A stretch of 64,000 nt of DNA from Octopus vulgaris (taxonomy: Eukaryota): positions 74,090,001 to 74,154,000 of the forward strand of contig OX597825.1 of the NCBI GenBank assembly GCA_951406725.2. Direction: 5' to 3'. Each line of letters starts with the position of its first letter. The stretch's first letter is position 1. Made by a program: the position numbers and the translations under genes. The notes below the pieces were generated by a model that did no database searches, had not been told where the DNA came from, and was given only the letters and a program-made list of their open reading frames with translations. Positions 12,323 through 25,510 of the stretch are shown one piece after another.

Positions 12323-12869
12323 ATCGGCCATAATGGATATATATAATACTGTACACTTCGATTCATATATGGATGTTTATGTATGTATATATATATATAT
12401 ACATATATATATGTGTGTGTGTGTGTGTGTGATCTGAGGACCTGAGCGTAGGAAGTTTGTAACGTTCAAGTAGTAAGTGGCCGATATAGCAAGCATAAAA
12501 TGGACACTATACGGTAAATTACAATAACAATTTATTAGCAGTTTAATCTCTGATTGATCGATTGGCTACAAATATCAAACAAATCTCCTATAACCCTCCC
12601 TCTCATATATGTACACGCACACACACACACAAATATAAGTATTTATTGGCATCGAGAGTTACCCACTTTTTCCCATATCGAATTTACAACGAAATTCGAA
12701 AGGATAATTGATTCGACGTAGCTCAATGCGAGCAACCAATGTTGGTAAAAATGCGAATAGTTATTCAAATTGAGTGTGTGGGAGAGGAAAAAGAGCTCCA
12801 GCTATTTATGTAACATAAGTCGCGTACATTTTTACGAATATGTGTGCGTGTGCGTATCTGTGTGTCTTC

Positions 12870-12914
<45 letters not shown>

Positions 12915-13112
12915 CACATATAAATATAGTTTGGTTACAAATTATATATTTGAAAAAAGAATTAATAGGAATGTTTTTTTCTGTTAATTTCTAAACTTTG
13001 ATAATTAGATGTTTGTAAATAATTGGGTGTTAATAAACATCTAATGATTTATAAACATTTATTAAAGTGACAAAATGATAAGAAATATGATGCCTATTCA
13101 TATATTCATTTA

Positions 13113-13190
13113 CACATCCATCCATCCATCCATCCATCCATCCATCCATCCATCCATCCATCCATCCATCCATTCATCCATCCATCCATA
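13113..13190. repeat. (CATC)n microsatellite
   Basis: Direct reading. Confidence 0.95.
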
Positions 13191-13396
13191 CATACATACA
13201 TGCATGCATACATACTTACAAGCATACATACTTATATGCATACATGTAAGTATGTATAAGTTATATGTTTACATATATAATGCATATACGCATGTATGAT
13301 TGTATTTATGTATGACGTATGTATGTATATGTATATTTATATATACATATATATATATGTATGTGTGTGTTTGTCAATATATATATAGATATATAC

Positions 13397-13434
<38 letters not shown>

Positions 13435-13599
13435 GCGTGAGTGTTAGTATTAATACTGAGAAGTAATATTTATCCTCCGAAAGAGTTTCTCTCAAGGTAA
13501 CTACCACAGTATAGTTTGTTCTAACAGAACATCCATTTTTAAGTGAGGATAATTAAACCCCTCGATAGATATATTGTTATATCTTGAGTTCGAGCGTTG

Positions 13600-14719
13600 C
13601 AATATAATGGTAAAGGAAACGCAATTATAATACTACCACATTTTTTCGATATGACCCCCCCTGTTTCGAACCACAACTCTAAATCGAAGCCCATTCTTGG
13701 TGCAGTTTTTGCCTTCAGAGCGTCGAGCGAAGCATGAGGAGTGCTCGAGACCCTCGTCTCCAAAATAGACCAAACAGAAAAAATCCAATTGGTTGAGATC
13801 GGAGCTTCTTGAAGGTCGTACTTCCTTGTCTATGAACGTCCGGACGCTTTTCTGAATCCAGTGTTTGGAGCTGTGGTGCCGAGTTCTGTTAGAGGCTCCA
13901 AGCTGCATCTTGAAAGTGTTCATTCGCCCATGGAAGCAGTTGAGCTTCCAGAAGGTCGCCGCTAATGTTTCGCTAGGTGTTAATTTTAATACCCGAGGGC
14001 ACAAGAAGGAAGGGAGACCTTCCAGTGGCTATCACAGTCGCCCAAATCATAACTGACTGGATTTTGACATCGATTTACGAGTCTACTCTCGACAGAGCCA
14101 GATACACCCCAAAATTAGTCATTCTGGTGGTTTACTGGCTGTTCAATGTCAATTTTTTTCTTCAGTGAACATCAGGTTGGGCAGTGTGCCTTCAGCAATC
14201 TGACGTAGGATGATACACTTCTTTCCAGTCTCATGGTCTTATGAACACTACGTGAGCTCATGTCGGTGGAACATCTTGTAGGGGTAGGTCTTGAGATCCT
14301 CTTTCAGCACTCGATACATTGATGTTCGGCTTAGTTTTGTTGTGGCAGCCAGATTTCTGGTGGATCGACGAGAATTTCACCGTACCTTTTCTCTGGTACT
14401 TTTGATAAGCCGAGGAGTCCGCGCAAGTCTTTTCTGGTCATGTCCAGGTAGATTAGCAGTGGAACTGGTCTCGTGAAATTCCCTGACAATTTTCCAGACT
14501 GTTATTCCATAAAATTCAAGCTTTTTTGCTATAGCTGTATTACTTTTTCTTCCCTGGTGAAGGGTTATGATTGTATTTTGGTCTATAGCTATTATCTAAT
14601 TTATAAATATCTAAAAGTATTTAGGCTGATACAAAAAGAAGTCGCACTAAGCTTTTATAATGGTATATAATTTTCATTAAAGCTTGAAACTTCGGTTTCC
14701 TTAACTTCGGGACACCCTG
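13600..14719 (-). mobile_element. Decayed Tc1/mariner-superfamily transposon, maT (DD37D)-like
   Basis: TIR-like start CAGGGTGTCCCGAAG at 14719; frameshifted motifs TVWKIVREFHET (HTH), MFTEEK, VMIWA, QNSAP, RPSRSSDLNQLDF, RVVVRNRGGHIE. Confidence 0.85.
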
Positions 14720-15241
14720 CTTATATTAGATGAATCTTTTAATACTCTTAACTTTATTTATTCTTGAAGAGACGAAATCGAGAAATTTTATTCCATACAC
14801 TTCTTCCATTTGGTGTTGTAGAAACTAAAATGCTCAAAACCATTTTAATTTCATTAAACATTGCAATTTGCCTGCGCCGGCCCCTAGTTTTTCAATCATT
14901 ACATTATCTCCCACTTATGATAAACACCGATCTAAATGACAATTTTCATTTAGAGAAGACTCAGGCAAACAACCTGCAAAATTTCAATTAATTAATTTAT
15001 CCTTAAACCAAGCGAGTAATAAAATGTAATAATCATAACTAAATTGATAAAAACAACAGCAGTTGAAATAAGTTGATGTACCGGTATTTCAATGTTAATT
15101 TGATTTCATGCCAGTTTGTTAAATCGTTCGGTCGGTTAAGCTTTTAACGTAAAGTTTTATCTTGATTTGTAGAGTATTTCGTGAACGGAAGACATTTTTC
15201 TGTTCAAATAAAACAAATAAATAACAAAAAAATCATTAAGC

Positions 15242-15284
<43 letters not shown>

Positions 15285-16307
15285 TGTTAAAAGGTTAATG
15301 TCCTGAATTCGAAATATCGCTTCAACTTTATATATTTAACTACATTAATTTCACTTGATAATATATGGAAGAAAAAAAAAAGCTCTTAACTGTCTTATGT
15401 ACATTGCTACGCTTAAGTGAGTCTAGAGACACTGAGCATGTTTGTGATCAGCTGAGATGCTAGAAATAGTAACCAAATCTCCTTAAAACCAGGCCGTATT
15501 GTCATTCTGAACAAGAGCAAAACAAACAGCAATCAAAAAAGCATATATTGGATATGATCTATCTGAAAACATTAAAAAAGAGGGGGGGGGGCGGAAGTAA
15601 AAAGCAAGATGGTGGATGAAATATTTTTGTTGGTAGATTTTAGATATCTTGGATGAAGAAGTCAGTCATAAAGAAAAGCTAAATAACTGCGACAGTTATG
15701 GTTGTGTGGTTAAGACGGTTGCTTCGCCGCCACATACTTTCGGGTTCAGTCCCTCTGCACGTTCCAGTAAGACAAACCTGGGGCTAAAGGACAATGAAAC
15801 CATCTGTCTGACACTGAAATCCTATTACCATTAGCTGGGCATTCAAAATTCTTTTCCGGCTCTCAGAGCACTCAGTTCAAATCCAGTAGGAAGTCAGCTT
15901 TGTCTTTCATTCTTTTAAGGTCGATAAATCAAGTACCAATACAGAGTGTATTGACACTAAGAGGTTACCTATGATGGCTGGGCTGGAGTTTCATAAAGAA
16001 GTGGAAAGTGCTGGAACAATTAGCGCAATTCAATCAACCCACCACTCTATAATGAGCACTTAATTTATCGACCTCTGAAGAAATTAACGAGAAATCTGAC
16101 TTCAACGTGGTTTAACTTCGAATGCTAAAACCCAGAACAGATAGCGGAATAGCATTACGATAATGCGCTAATGATTCCGCCAACTCAGAGCTTTTGTAAT
16201 GTAATCGAACCAGTTTTCATCAGACATGTAATACCTACGATGCAATTAACCGTCAAGGTCTATCAAGAAGAAGGAGTAAGTATTAATAGTTTATTTAGCG
16301 ACCATGA

Positions 16308-16572
16308 GTGGAGGCGCGTGACTTAGTGGTTAGGGTGTCAGCATCATGATCGTAAGATTGTGGTTTGGATTCCTGGACCGGGCGACGCGTTGTGTTCTTG
16401 AGCAAAACACTTCATTTCACGTTGCTCCAATCCACTCAGCTGGCAAAAATGAGTAACGCTGCGAATGGACTGGCGTTCCGTCCAGCTGGGGAACACATAC
16501 GCCATAGAAACCGGGAAACTGGGCCCATGAGCCTGGCTAGGCTTTAAAATGGCGCACTTATTTATTTTATTT
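16308..16572 (+). mobile_element. tRNA-derived CORE-type SINE with tail X, inserted into an older family N SINE
   Basis: CORE-like TTGTGTTCTTGAGCAAAACACTT; 14-bp TSD TTTAGCGACCATGA at 16294-16307 and 16573-16586. Confidence 0.9.
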
Positions 16573-17280
16573 TTTAGCGACCATGAAGGAATGAAATGTA
16601 AAATTGACCTCCGTGGAATCTGAACTCAGGACACTTAGAGCTGAAAGAACTATAGTAAATATATAACTATAGAGAAAGAACCATTACTAATATTACCAAC
16701 ATCACAGTGACAAAATTAGAAAATAACACCCACACATTATTACAAGCTGGTCCCTACCACCACCTGTACATCTTACCTACCAGCAGCATCTTAACTTGAT
16801 TATATCTAATAGCCAGCTATCTCATTAAGAGTTGCTCTATTCAATTATTATAATTATTAGCATCGTTATTACCGTCGCGGTCGTCGAGGTAGCCGTCGTG
16901 ATAATTCTGGTTGTTTTTAATATTCTGCTTTTTCAATCACTGAGCACGTTTATAGCCGTTCTATCACCTACTCTTACTATTACTCCCGTTTCGCGCCTGT
17001 CTCTACATCAAGCACGCATTCTGTGTGTATATTATATTGGTAGCTGTGAAGAACAGTGTTTGGAAACAGTGCTTGAATTCACACTTGCTAACAAACTGTA
17101 TCGTCACCGTTACTATTGTTACATCCACCACTGCCGTCATCACCACCACCACCACAACCGCCACCGCCATCGTGACATCATTATCACTACTGCGACGACC
17201 ACGACAGAAACCACCAACTCAGCAAAACCAGAAATATCGCCGACAACACCATCAACAACTTCCTCAATGATAACCCTACC

Positions 17281-17511
17281 TATTTCTTTACTACCCACAA
17301 AAAGGCTAAACACAGAGGGGACAAACAAGGATAGACAAACGGATTAAGTCGATTACATCGACCCCAGTGCGTAACTGGTACTTAATTTATCGACCCCGAA
17401 AGGCTGAAAGGCAAAGTCGACCTCGGGGGAATTTGAACTCAGAACGTAACGGCAGACAAAATACGGTTACGCATTTCGCCCGTCGTGCTAACGATTCTGC
17501 CAGCTCGCCGC
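17281..17511 (-). mobile_element. SINE family N
   Basis: Full-length homology to other copies. Confidence 0.9.
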
Positions 17512-17697
17512 AGTTCACTAATAACACTATCACCAGCTTAGTTTTTTCCCTGGGGCTGGCCAGATTGGAGCAATCTCGTGTATAATCAGCTGAAATTGCG
17601 AAGATATTCTGGTACTCGATTGATGAAAGAAAGCTTCAACTGACCCGTCCTTGTTTTCTTTGTATCGTCTATCTGGATGTTTTGTTGTCCCATTTTT

Positions 17698-17800
<103 letters not shown>

Positions 17801-17884
17801 TATATATATATATATAAGATGAGAGAATAGAGAGATAATTAATAAATCATTATTTATAAATTAAAATATTGACATTGACAAACA

Positions 17885-17974
17885 ACCCTTACAGATGTTT
17901 CAATTCAGGATCTCAGAAAATAAATTAATTAATTAAATTAAAAATTATTTGAAAAGCGATTCTCTTCAGAGGTA
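17885..17974 (-). ncRNA. Type I hammerhead motif
   Basis: ACCT-CTGAAGA-long AT-rich stem II-GAAAC-ATCT-GTA-AGGG. Confidence 0.65.
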
Positions 17975-18078
17975 GATAAAGGTAAACAAAGTAGATGTTC
18001 AATTTCCTCATATTGAGTAAACGGCTTCAAACCGTTAAAACATGAAGAAATTGAACACCTGTTTTCTATACCTTTAAC

Positions 18079-18165
18079 TACCTTAGAAGAGAATTTCTTT
18101 TTTGAAATAATTCTTAATTCAATTAATTAATTTTCTGAGAGCCTGAATTGAAACAGCTGTAAGGG
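18079..18165 (+). ncRNA. Type I hammerhead motif, degenerate core
   Basis: ACCT-TAGAAGA-GAATT..GAATT-GAAAC-AGCT-GTA-AGGG. Confidence 0.55.
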
Positions 18166-18386
18166 ATGTTTGTCAATTTTTTATTAATGAATAATGATTT
18201 ATTAATTACCTCTCTATTCTCTCATTTTATTATTATAACAAATAAAATATATATAAACTACGGTTTATATAGTTACCTTGCAGTTTAGTATTAGATATAA
18301 TGTTCAATACCCTTTGTACAGGTAATTAACCAGTACTTTCATAGGATTTTGCTATCCATGAAAGAGGTTTGTAGTCTTTAATTGTG

Positions 18387-18387
<1 letters not shown>

Positions 18388-18435
<48 letters not shown>

Positions 18436-18567
18436 TATGCACACACACACACACACACATATATATATGCATATGTATATGCATATATATATATACATAT
18501 ATATGCATATAAATATATATATATATATATTTATGCATATATATATATATTTATATGCATATATATG

Positions 18568-18599
<32 letters not shown>

Positions 18600-18663
18600 A
18601 TGCATATATATATGCATATATATATATATGCATATATATATATATACATATATATGCATATAA

Positions 18664-18700
<37 letters not shown>

Positions 18701-18780
18701 TAAAATACATATATATGCATATATATATACATATATATATTTATATATTTATATATGTATGTATGTGTATATATTTATAC
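18388..18780. repeat. Long degenerate (TA)n/(TATATG)n tract
   Basis: Direct reading. Confidence 0.95.
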
Positions 18781-19229
18781 ACCCACACATATAACAATAT
18801 CAAAAAGAACGGAGAAAATCACATCTTTGATGATTAAACCATACATTACCGGCTATAAATTCTATTGTGCCAACATAGATATAGAAAAGAAGAATACAAA
18901 GTACCAGTGAAACCAGTATATCCGAAAATTTATATAGACACAATGTTAACAAGGTAACCCAAAAGTGACTAATTCGAAGCGAAGTGAGATATCTGATACA
19001 TCAACGCCTACAAAAAGAAGAAATATAATTGCCTAAGAAAAGCCACTTTATGATGACGTCAGTAGGTGAAGAAAGAATAAAAATATAAGCACAAAATATA
19101 TACGTTAGGACATTTTGTTTTGTGGCTATTAATATATGCTAAAAAATATTAGAAAATTATGCTTATTAAATTAGAGGAAAAACAATTATAATTAAGTCGT
19201 TATTTACGACTGAAATTTTAAAGTACTTT

Positions 19230-20197
19230 TTTATATATCTATGGGAATATTTCACTGTGAAGCTGGTTCTAAATTTAATAATTCTAATTTAGAAGTAATT
19301 ATATAATACCTTTCCTCCAGGTATTGGTAACATTTGAAAATTTCTTTAATGTACAATGAAGCACAACTAAAAATGGACCACTTTATATTGTAGCGAATAT
19401 TCTTGTGTTTTAAATCTCAAATCTATTTACTAAGATTCATAGAATTACATTTTTTCTAAACTTAACTGAAGAAGAATGGTCATTTAGTCTAGATTTCCAA
19501 ACTGTAGCCGAAGAACCTACGTAATAATGCCTATGATCCCCATGCAATGGTTTTCTAAAGGACACACAATTTTTTAGTTTGAAATTACAAAAGCGTTTAT
19601 TCACTCTTATGTAGCACTCATAGCTAAAGGAATTAGTCCTAATTTTACTCTCAGAATTTTGTGATAAATTAGGATTAGTAGCAGTATTGTATTAAATGTT
19701 ACTACTGGTTCTTATCTTAAATGTACTATCAGTTTCACCGTTGGAATAACTTCACGCAAATTATCAAAAACCAGCTCAAGATAATTATGACTAGAGTCTG
19801 TCTCACAAATTACCCAATCATTTCTGCTTACTAACTTTAAGTTGAGATACTATGGTGCTATAATTTCAGCAAAATTTCTGGTCGTTGAATAGGAGAATTT
19901 TCCTCTATGGCGATTAAACAATTTCTCGTACTTACTTGAAGGTGGAAAGTACTTATCCAGTGCATCAAAGAGTTTCCGAGGAATATTAGTGACTTTGCAA
20001 GATACAAATGGTGCATTACACTAGATGATATCCCTTGATTTAGCCTTTCTACTATTTACATAGATATTTCTTTGAATATTTAGACAATCAACATGTTTAT
20101 AATTCTTAATTCCAAAATTAGATGTCCTCGTGCCATAATTCTTATACATAATGCTATTCATATCTATAGACCGTTTGGTATTATTATTTTACTATTA

Positions 20198-20259
<62 letters not shown>

Positions 20260-21090
20260 CGTGTTAATTCTCACAACGTTCGGTCTTTGTTCTAGTAGGT
20301 TTCTGCTGTCAGAGGTCACACAAGGTCTCTTTCCGTACATTATAAACTGTGGCACTTCGTTGTTAATTATCGTGTGAGACATTCAATATCTAATTACCAA
20401 TCTCAAAGTCCTAGCTGTCCCCAACAGAGCAGTCTTGGGGGCTTACTCTGCTCTCATGTCATTTCCAATTTCTTAGACATGCTTCTTCAACTTGGTTGTT
20501 AGTACTCTGAGTGCCCCTACAACTACTGGAATGACAGATACTCTCCTCATAGTCCACATTCTTGCAATTTTGTCTTTTAGTGCTCTGTACTTTTCAATCT
20601 TTTCTAGTTCTTTATCACTAATGTGTGCATCTCCAGGTATTGCAACAACTATGATCTTGGTTTCTTGTTTGCTTTACTACCACAACAATATCTGGTCTCA
20701 AAGCCTCGATTAGGGAGTCGTCGTCGTCGTTGTTGTTCTTGTTTATACCAACCATAATTCTAATATCTTTAAAGTTTCGTCTATACTTATCAATGTTAAT
20801 ATGTATATCTTCAACAACACCCTGTTTATACCAACCGTTGGTATATATGGTGTAGTCATCAAATAAAGATATAGTTTCCCCATCCTTGTTCATGCTGTCA
20901 TAAACTCCGGATTTCTTTGAAATTCTTCTGAGCGATATTTCGATTTACTTGTGATACATGAGGAATTACCTTAGATGTTTATTCTACTTTGATTTATCGG
21001 TATCTGACTGTTTGACAAAGTTAACCAAGTTCACTTACCACGAGGTGGTTTCTGGATATCTGCTTGAATTTATCAATTCCGTTTACCTCT
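19230..21090 (-). mobile_element. Decayed Penelope-like element (RT thumb, linker, GIY-YIG), apparently interrupted by an R4-like insertion
   Basis: Minus-strand peptides RDII*CNAPF..TNI.RKLFDALDKYFPPSSKYEKLFNRH..KFSYSTT, CN..CPLENHC, YVGSSATVWKSRLNDH, LSK*I*DLK..IKWSI; weaker LRRIS match upstream of the insertion. Confidence 0.7.
20182..20716 (-). mobile_element. 5'-truncated R4/Dong-clade RLE non-LTR retrotransposon with (AAT)n tail
   Basis: IEALRPDIVVV / KIIVVAIPGDAHISDKELEKIEKYRALKDKIARMW..VIPVVVGAL / KTALLGTARTLRLVI-stop, a PD-(D/E)xK endonuclease C-terminus. Confidence 0.88.
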
Positions 21091-21272
21091 TAATATATAT
21101 ATATATAAATTAGAAAAAAAACACCTTTTATCAATTCAACAATCAAAAAATTAAATTATACCATATAGAAAAAAATTATATCCTATAGAAAAAAATTAAA
21201 TATAAGATAAAAACATAAACCAATGATTAAGTAATGTGCAAAATAGTAAATAAAACGTATGTATTTGGTAAA

Positions 21273-21356
21273 ATGATGCACGTGTTTCGTGGCTACATTT
21301 AAGAAATGATAACAGTAAAATCAATTCAATATAAATATAGCCACTCTTCAGGTCAA
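21273..21356 (-). ncRNA. Type I hammerhead motif, cleavage triplet eroded
   Basis: TGAC-CTGAAGA-GTGGCTA..TAGCCAC-GAAAC-ACGT-GC-ATCA; perfect 7-bp stem II base; host repeat begins at (TA)n ~21095 and has a relative at 47915-48050. Confidence 0.65.
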
Positions 21357-21551
21357 AGATAAAAACAATAAAATATTTAAATAAATAAATATACGTATAT
21401 AATATTGTAAAATATGAAATATCTTAACAAATATATTGTGGTGCAAATAAAAATATATTCGAGCTCACATCCTTAAGATCGTAAGCTCGACGCTCTAAGC
21501 ACTGAGCCATGCACCTTCACAATACATATAGCCATAGTTTACATACATATA

Positions 21552-22026
21552 TCACTTTCACTTTGATCACTTTGACCGACCAGTCCGTCAGGCGTCCATT
21601 TGACACCGCTGGTCACAGCACGCTGTCTACTCCTCTCTGGATCGCGCCTTTCTCATCCACGTGATCCCAATCGTCCTCTTGAAATCGTCACTCCATCGTC
21701 GTGGAGGTCGTTTCCGCTCACGCGGGTACCACGTCAGGTCGCTCTAGAGTGCTACTGGTAACATGTAATCCAGTACAACCTGTTGCATGGTCGGGACGTC
21801 GGCGACTAAACTGACAACCCCACCAGGTTCGCTTGGTGAGGAGGGTGTTGTTGGACTCCCTGTGGGATGGAAAAATAAGACCCAACAAAGGGCGGATGAA
21901 CTCCTGAAGAGTCATCCAACAAAATACCGGCCTGCCCGCCCAGCCAGTGGAATGGCGTCATCTTATGGCTAAAACAGCGCGAAGAACGAAGAGAAAAGGA
22001 AAAGGGCCTCAGTACCCTGCACGTCA
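21552..22026. mobile_element. RTE-clade LINE insertion with inverted 5' part
   Basis: 21552-21732 (-) encodes WYPRERKRPPRRWSDDFKR..WMRKARSREE and ends in AAAGTG repeats; 21733-22026 (+) looks like a 5' UTR plus ORF start; ACATACATATA direct repeats flank it. Confidence 0.7.
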
Positions 22027-22100
22027 ACATACATATAATAGTTTATATAAATATATAGTTTATATACATATATATACGTATAGCCATATTTTATATACGC

Positions 22101-22218
22101 AACTCTGATGAAGTGCCACTCTAATGTCTAAGACCGCAAATATTACGGTAATTCTCCCTTCGAATTCTAGCGTAAACTTGCATTAAAAGTAGAGTTAATA
22201 CAGAAACAATTGTAAGTA
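22101..22218 (+). ncRNA. Type I hammerhead motif with extended stem II
   Basis: ACT-CTGATGA (22105)..GAAAC-AATT-GTA-AGT (22203-22217); palindromic stem III. Confidence 0.65.
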
Positions 22219-22557
22219 ATATTAAAGCTGTTTTAAAGTGTTTCTTTGCCTTATTATGTCGATTATATCTTACTCCTTGCTAATCCCACACAACACTTTC
22301 ATCAGGATTTTCTACACCTGAAGTTTATCGGTATTAGCTTGGAAACCGAAAGAGTTGATAGGCCAGAACTTGGGCCGGGCGCGCGCGCAACATGAACACA
22401 CACGTACAAACGCACTCACACACACACACCTAAACACACACACACGCGCATACATACACGCACGCACATGCACACAGAAACACATATACATACATATATT
22501 GTCGCAAACCAACCAGTAATCATACATATTTGAACGTTTCATTATTAGTTTTATATT

Positions 22558-22722
22558 CGGTATTTCGTCTGTCTTTACGTTCTGAGTTCAAATTCCGCCG
22601 AGGTCGACTTTGCCTTTCATCCTTTCGGGCTCGATAAATTAAGTACCTGTTGCATACTGAGGTCGATCTAATCGACTGGACCCCTCCTCCAAAATTTCGG
22701 GCCTTGTGCCTATAGTAGAAAA
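22558..22722 (+). mobile_element. SINE family N, headless, tail-2 variant
   Basis: Homology to the last unit of the 10528 array. Confidence 0.85.
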
Positions 22723-23358
22723 AATGTATTGGTTTTATACTTAACATATTTATCAGAAATTTTACCGCGCTCATCTGTGACCTCCTTCATGATTCGCGTC
22801 TTAGAATTCTTTGTCAGATTTCACCTAAATCTTAAGCACGTGTGATTGCTTTTTTGTATGTGTGTTTGTCTGTGTTGGTTGCTCATTTCCAATTTGCGCA
22901 TATTGAATGTTATGCTTTGTTAAACTAACTTTTGTTTGTTCGGTATTGTATTTCATTGTGTTAATATAAGAACGTGTGGGGGTTTATAGGTCGTACGTAT
23001 TTGTTTCCGTATATTTATGTGTTGATGTGTTTGTGCAAGTGTAATTAGAGTGTGTGTAAGGATAACGGGAATCAATACACACACAAACACATAGACATAC
23101 ATACACACATACGCACGCGCACACACACACAAAAATATACCTGCATACATACACACACACATTATTATGCATGCCATTTGCAATTTACATGCATTCCAGT
23201 TTAATTATCTGCATAATAATTCACACATGTATGCACATGCATTAGACGTTGCATGAAATTGTTCACGCACATGTATTTTCATGCACGTGTGCATGTCCAC
23301 ACACATTTACACTCATGCACTTAGATATTATTGTTTGAAAACATGGAAACTGTATTTA

Positions 23359-23359
23359 G

Positions 23360-23428
<69 letters not shown>

Positions 23429-23512
23429 ATCCGTTTATCTGTCTATCTATATATCTATCTATCTATCTATCTATCTATCTACATCTATCTATTTATCTAT
23501 CTACCTACCTAC

Positions 23513-23546
<34 letters not shown>

Positions 23547-23573
23547 GTTTATCTGTCTACCTATCAATCTATA

Positions 23574-23636
<63 letters not shown>

Positions 23637-23742
23637 TTATTTATTTATCTATCTCTCTGTCTGTCGGTCGGTCTGTATGTCTATCTGTCTGTCTACCTAT
23701 CTATCTACCTACCTACCTACATACTACAAACCTATCTATCTT
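23359..23742. repeat. (TATC)n microsatellite
   Basis: Direct reading. Confidence 0.97.
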
Positions 23743-23759
23743 TTTATGCATATAATATA

Positions 23760-23861
23760 GATATACATATATTATTATATATATATATGCATAACCATAT
23801 GTATGTATATTAGTGATATAATTATATATAAAATAATAATAATAACATACACGTATACATA

Positions 23862-23941
<80 letters not shown>

Positions 23942-23996
23942 TATATACATATATATATACAGATAGATAGATAGCTAATAGATAGATAGATACATG

Positions 23997-24042
<46 letters not shown>

Positions 24043-24081
24043 TATATTATATATATATATATAAACACCTTCCACGCTGCA

Positions 24082-24130
<49 letters not shown>

Positions 24131-24132
24131 CT
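23760..24132. repeat. (TA)n tracts
   Basis: Direct reading. Confidence 0.95.
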
Positions 24133-25149
24133 AACAATCTCTTTGTGTCTATAAATATATGTATATACATAAAATGTCTGTATATGCCCACACGCGCGTG
24201 TACGTATGTGTGTATGTGCATATGTAATCAAGGTTGTTAAAATGTGCATGATATCTGACGGCTATATTTTTCCGTTTCCTGTTTTCGTGTCTTTTTCTTT
24301 CTGCATTCGTATTTTCTCTTTCTCTCTTGCCTTCTATTTCTGTATGCATCTGCATTTTAACATTCTCCTTCTTGTGTATATATGTGTATTTGTGTTTGCC
24401 TGTGCCTGCGTGTGTGTGTGTGTGTGCTTGTGTGTGTGTCTTTGGCATATATGTATCCGTCTGAGGAAGTTTAAAAATATACGTGTATTTAAACGGTAAG
24501 ATAATTAGATGAAACTTAAGAAAACTACGTGGAAACAATGGATTTCTCCTGCAGAAATGATATGCATCGTTTCTTATTGATGAATTTTTGGTGAATTTTT
24601 CATACAAAACCAAGAAATTCAGATTACAAAAAAGATAAATTGCTTGCATATTAAGGCGGCAATTATAAGTAATTGTTTTGTGCAACAGCCTGTTATTATA
24701 GGAGTGATTAATGTTACCGGAATATTTCCTGAAAATTTCTACTTGCATGTTATTCTTTGCAAGACATAATTCTTTTTCCACCTACCATCTTCTCTCACAC
24801 CCACTCTTCTATTCTGCAGGCGAAATTTTTGTAGATCGAAACACAAACAGTGGTGGAAAGAGAACAAGCCACACACCAAGATTGTCTAGTTATTAAACTC
24901 ATCGCAGAGACACACGCACACACGTATACACACATGTATTGACATATTATATAATTTTAATGTAGTTAGACTACAGTTTGCAACACTTTTTACTACAGAA
25001 TACATTATGCTATTCTCAACAGAACGAAAAGAAAAATCAAGGAGATTGCTCTGGCTTGTTGCATGGATTATTGATTTGACTATCCATTAGAGAATGAGAA
25101 CTCTTGCCATTTTACCTATTGCTGTTCAAATCAACCACAAACTAATATC

Positions 25150-25510
25150 TATTTCTCTATTGCCCAATAGTTGGGTGGGGTGGAGCTAAATGTAGAGGAG
25201 ACAAACAAGGATAGACATCGACCTCAGTGCGTAACTGGTAATTATTTAATTAAAAAGAAATTTTTTAAAGTAAATAATGACTTATTCCATCAACCCATTA
25301 ACTGAACGGCTAGGTTACGGGGACCTAAACACACCAACACCGGGTTTCAAGTGATAGTGAAGGATAAATGCAGGCACAAAGACACACATGCACACACACA
25401 AATTTAATTTAAAGTCGACCTCGGTGGTATTTGAACTCAGAACGTAACGGCAAACTAAATACGGCTAAGCATTTCGCCCGGCGTGCTAAATATTCTTCCA
25501 GCTCGCCGCG
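25150..25510 (-). mobile_element. SINE family N, interrupted by a family C fragment (~25295-25400)
   Basis: Split homology. Confidence 0.7.

Larger units (their letters stand above)
17816..18230. mobile_element. ~415-bp quasi-palindrome next to (TA)n with one hammerhead motif per arm (PLE pLTR-like)
   Basis: Arms are reverse-complementary around a centre at ~18028 (AACGG..CCGTT). Confidence 0.8.
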
